A stretch of DNA of 63,992 nt, counting the filler, from Stramenopiles sp. TOSAG23-6 (Eukaryota), in NCBI GenBank assembly GCA_900128565.1. It is 5 parts of 5 records of this genome, joined end to end, with 100 filler letters (N's around TTAATTAATTAA, not from the genome) between each part and the next. Parts side by side here need not be neighbours in the genome. Positions count along the whole stretch, not along the records: positions 52,295 to 63,992 come from LT636245.1; 4 more parts are not named here. The stretch is one strand, 5' to 3'. Below the pieces are notes generated by a model that was not told where the DNA came from, did not search any database, and saw only the letters and a list, made by a program, of their open reading frames with translations. Of the stretch, positions 59,824-63,992 are shown one piece after another (the first letter of the stretch is position 1; each line of letters begins with the position of its first letter). The position numbers and the translations under genes are program-made.

Positions 59824-60479
59824 TGTACTAGTTAGGCTTTCACGTACTAAATATAAAACATCCTAATATTTAACATAAAGTACTCTACTGCAATAATGAA
59901 ATGGGCATCTTATATTTTATTTCTTTTTTCTTGCTTCGGTGTTCTGGTACCAAATATTATGAAGAAGAAGAAGAAGAAGAAGGCGCGCGGATTTTTGGGA
60001 GGAGGAGGAGGAGGACACAATAATTTGTACATTTCCGATTTGCTCAACAATAAAAAAATAAAGTCCAGTTTTCGTGTTTTCCTTCAATCCTGCGCTGTTC
60101 ATTTTTCGATCATTCGCCACCACCACTCGAAAAAAAATCATATCAACGAGTTACGAGTGTGCAAAATAAAATTCTTCTTTTAATTCAGGTAACAAAATAT
60201 AACAATACTACGAATATCATCAAAATTAACAATTGCTGCTGGTACATATTTCCATTTCCTTGTGTTTGATCTTACATATTGATACTCCATTGAAGTGAAA
60301 GTAACGGTTCGTGTAGAGAGTTTGAAAGTAATAGTTCAATCACATCAAAGTAGGCTGTTTCCGAATTAACCTTCTGTGTTTGTCTTTTTTGTTGTTTTTC
60401 TTTTTGTGGCATATTTTCTCACACAACATTCATTCATTGAACGTTCATTACTATCAAAGTAGATTGACGTCTCTCGAAA

Positions 60480-62243
60480 ATGGAAGATATCTGTCATATA
60501 AAGACGTTAAAAATTGACAAACATGAAATAGAAAATTCGGGAAATCCACCAAAAAAAAAATCGGGAAATCCACCAAAAAAAAATCCAGAAGCTTTGGAGA
60601 GGACACAAAGTGCTCTGAAACATTCCATCGCTCGCACACGATCGAATAGTCCAACAGAAAGCATATTTAAAACAACCCCTGAAAATCAACATACTCTCTT
60701 ATGGGATACTAAATATAATTTCGATGCAACACAGTTCACAAATGATGATCTAGTCATTGTGTTGCAATGCATTTGGAAAAAATTGAACATTTTTTTTCTA
60801 TCACAAATTTCTTGTAAAACTTGGACTGAATTTTTCAATACTGTTTTACAAGAGATGTCCTGCAATGGTAATGAATATGTATGTTTTATTTTATTTTTTT
60901 ACAAAAAATTAAAGTTTTTTTTTTTTTTTTTTTTTTTGGTTTTCGTACGAAATTTTGTACCTAACAAATTAATTTTTTTTTTTTTGAAATATTTTTCCAA
61001 AATACATCATACATTTCGACATGTCGTCGATGTCACACATTTTATGTATTCTTTACTGACTGAAACAAAATTGATTTTCCATTTAAAAACGCATGAAATA
61101 GTTGCAGTCATGACAGCTACATTATTACATGATTTGGGTCATTTGGGGTATTCAAATTGGTGGTTAAAAGCAACACATCATCAATGGGCTGTTAAAAACA
61201 AGAACAGCCCAAATGAAAACGAACATGTCCGTTGTCATCATGAATTTATTAATTTATTTATTTTTTTTTGGTTTCATACGAAATTTCGTACCTAACGATT
61301 TTTTTTTTTTTGTAAAATTCGTGTTTTTTTCACAATACATGTTCGACGCGCAAAACTGTTAATAGAAAAATTTTCAATATTTCGTGCATTTTCACAAGTA
61401 CAACAAAAAAAAATGTATCGTTTACTTACTGAAATGATATTTGGTACTGATATGAGTAATGTATGTTTTATTTTTTTTCAAAAATTTTTTTTTTTAATAG
61501 TAAATTTTGTACCTAACATTTTTTTTAGATTTTTTTTAAATTTTTTTTTTTTGAAAATTTGATTTTTTTTTTTTTTTTTTTTCATAGTAAATTTCATACC
61601 TAAAAAAATTTTTTAAAAAAAATTTTATAAAATATTTGTCCAAAATAAATCATGGTAAAATTTTTTTTAAAAGTAAATTTTTTCCCTAAAATTTTTTTTT
61701 GATTTTTTTTAAATTTTTTTTTTTTTAAAATTTTATTTTTTTTTTTTTTTTTTTTTCATAGTAAATTTCATACCTAACAAAATTTTTTAAAAAAAATTTT
61801 ATAAAATATTTGTCCAAAATACATCATGGTAAAATGTATAAATCATTTGGAAATATGCTATCACAAATGTCAGAATCCCATGCAGGGGGTCATATACAAC
61901 ACGAAATGCATGAAAAACACGAAATACATGAAAAACACGAAATACATGAAGAAAATAGAAAAAAACGAAGACAAAGTGTGTTTGAAAAAGTCATGGAAAC
62001 ACGAAAAAAACATGTTCTTTGTATATATGTATGTTTTTTTTTTTTTCAATTTTTTATCTACATTTTTTTTTTGGTTTTCATACGAAATTTTCATAGAAAA
62101 TAAATTTAACAAAAAAAAAAAATTCACAATAATTCACAATATAGGGTGATATTCAAGATGATAGTAAACAATGTTATAAAAGCCGTTGGTTATCAATGGC
62201 ACTCAAAGTGGCTGATATTTCTAATTTAGGACGGCCTCTGCAT
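60480..62243 (+). CDS. Class I 3',5'-cyclic nucleotide phosphodiesterase; exons 60480-60878, 61008-61226, 61341-61460, 61825-62028, 62145-62243
   Basis: YHTFRHVVDV, LLHDLGH.G.SN, ENEH, TDMSNH and LKVADISN motifs, several spanning junctions; start uncertain. Confidence 0.85.
60879..61007 (+). mobile_element. Introner-family intron, GT-AT
   Basis: TAT|GTATGT..CCAAAATACAT|CAT restores the catalytic NEYHTFRH; no AG for more than 90 nt downstream. Confidence 0.88.
61227..61340 (+). mobile_element. Introner-family intron, GT-AT
   Basis: CAT|GTCCGT..CACAATACAT|GTT. Confidence 0.8.
61461..61824 (+). mobile_element. Introner-family intron, GT-AT, with an internal duplication
   Basis: AAT|GTATGT..CCAAAATACAT|CAT restores TDMSNH; a degraded second copy of the 3' end lies near 61580-61660. 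Confidence 0.75.
62029..62144 (+). mobile_element. Introner-family intron, GT-AG variant
   Basis: TAT|GTATGT..CACAATATAG|GGT. Confidence 0.78.
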
Positions 62244-62347
62244 GTAAGTTTTTTTTTTTTCATTTTTTTTTTTAATTTTTTTTTTCATTTTTTTTTTAAA
62301 TTTAAAAATTTTTTTTTTTTTTTCAATTTTTTTTTTTTTTAAATTTA

Positions 62348-62433
<86 letters not shown>

Positions 62434-62517
62434 CAATTTTTTTATTTTTTTTTTTTTTTCATTTTTTTTTTTTCATCAATTTTTTAAAATATTTTAAAAT
62501 ATTTCTGTATACAATAG

Positions 62518-63883
62518 GTATTAGAATCTCATCAAAGTATAATGAATGATATAAAAGAATTTGAAACCAAACTACAAAACAATGAAAATGATGCAAAACA
62601 CAAATGTGAATTACACGAAATATTGAAAAAAAAAAAGGACAATTTAGATAAAAAAACATCTGAAATTCAAATATTATTATCAAAACGTAATAAATATTTA
62701 AAATTTGATCAACAACATAAATTGAGAAATTTAGAAATAAGTAAAATTTCTGATTTAATTATTCATGAAGAAAAATCGATTCAACAACAACACGAAAAAC
62801 ACGAAAAACACGAAAAAAAAAACACAGACTCTTCAAATCACGAAATCAATGAAAAAAATACAGACGATTCAACACAAAAATATTTTGCTGATTTCGTGTC
62901 ACAATGTGAATTAAATTTTCAAAATAGAGAATATTTACAGTCCAAATTAAATCAAATGAATGACGTCATTGATTGGTTACATACATTTCGATGTGTGTTT
63001 TTATCATTTTTTAATAACCCTAACCCTAAACATGAAAAAAAGGAAAATAAAATACAAAAAAATGAAAAAAATGAAAAACACGAAATACAAAAAAATGAAC
63101 AAAATGAAACAATTTCAAATGAGAATTTCGTTCATGATTTAATAAATAATTTTCAACAAAGTGAAACATTTCTTGATAGAATAACAAAGTTAGTATTAAA
63201 AAGAGTACATGCACAAACATGTTTATTAGCAATGTATACAAAATTTTTAAATTGTAACACTAATGATGATGATGCTACTTTGTTATTACCGGGTACTGAT
63301 AAAAATATGAATGATATTGTCAATATTATGAAATCTATACTACAATTTGAAAATGAAATCACTCGTATCGAAAAATTAGTGATTTTCTATGCAAAACTGT
63401 TTGGATCAAATATTTTAGCTACAAGAAATTTTGAAAAAAAATCTGAAGAAAATTCTGAAAAAAATTTTGAAGAAAATTTTGAAAAAAATTTTGAAAAAAA
63501 TTTTGAAAAAAATTCTGAAAAAAATTTTGAAAAAAATTCTGAAAACTTTTTTACTCCAATTTTTCCTGAAACATTTGTGATTGATGACGTCACTGTATCA
63601 GATGTAAACATGTATGTTCATGATAGAATACAACAATATACGACTGAATTTAATATAGTTTCAGTTACAACACGAATTATCTTACAATATTTATTGAAAG
63701 AAAAAAGAAGTCAAAATCGACATAAATTACACGAAATATTTGTACAAAATCATGTAGTACAAACCTGTCGAGAGGATGATTGTGAAACAATTCCATCATC
63801 ACCAAAATCAATATCATCATTTATTTCGTGTGCAACAAAAATGAGTTCAAAAACGCTTTCAACTCTAGACACAAATACTCCAT
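62518..63883 (+). CDS. Low-complexity coiled-coil exon of an unknown gene, in frame with PDE via intron 62244-62517
   Basis: Long ORF with ENFE/KNSE repeats; followed by AT|GTAGGT..CCTAAC at 63884. Confidence 0.55.
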
Positions 63884-63960
63884 GTAGGTGGTTCATTTAT
63901 CATTTCAAAAAAAAATATATTTTTTTTTTTTTTTTTTTTTTTAGTAAATTTTTTTCCTAA

Positions 63961-63992
<32 letters not shown>

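Noticed and set aside
61560-61800. Nested introner or micro-exon in PDE intron 3
   Set aside because: It looks like a degraded duplicate of the same 3' end plus exon start within homopolymer-rich sequence, most likely an assembly error.
12939-63992. Family elements as ciliate-like IESs excised from DNA (dinucleotide-bounded, with TIRs)
   Set aside because: All copies are oriented with the host transcript, carry donor-like and branch-like motifs, and some end in AG. That asymmetry points to RNA splicing.
12939-63992. Classical U12-type AT-AC introns
   Set aside because: There is no RTATCCTT donor, the upstream AT behaves as exon sequence, and the branch motif is farther from the 3' end than is typical for U12.
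12939-63992. Interrupted genes as pseudogenes
   Set aside because: Exons of GCAT, RAD51C, AlkB and the exchanger are intact and rejoin in frame with conserved motifs.

Overview
AT-rich, gene-dense eukaryotic nuclear DNA using the standard code. My inference is an uncultured protist single-cell or metagenome assembly, possibly a stramenopile. The window is five unrelated ~13-kb scaffolds concatenated with 100-nt N-TTAATTAATTAA-N linkers (12993, 26074, 39152, 52195), so gene neighbourhoods across linkers mean nothing. About 30 protein genes and a tRNA-Ala(UGC) are recognisable. There are two main results. (1) One sequence-related family of ~90-170 nt introns interrupts many conserved genes at about 37 distinct sites. 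The consensus is AT|GTATGT(T)n..TTTCGTACGAAATTTTGTACCTAAC..AAATATTTTTCCAAAATACAT|. Conserved motifs and reading frames are restored when the intron ends in AT, not AG (26 of 31 two-ended copies by hand count). Variants are GT-AG, GT-AA, AT-AT and GA-AT. The family looks like a TIR (GTAT..ATAC) introner whose AT target-site duplication serves as a non-canonical 3' splice site. (2) A DsrE-family gene has an in-frame UGA in a UxxC motif and a well-formed type II eukaryotic SECIS, making it a candidate eukaryotic DsrE selenoprotein. Scaffold 2 is a large inverted duplication, probably an amplification or assembly artefact. All calls come from reading the sequence; no searches were run.
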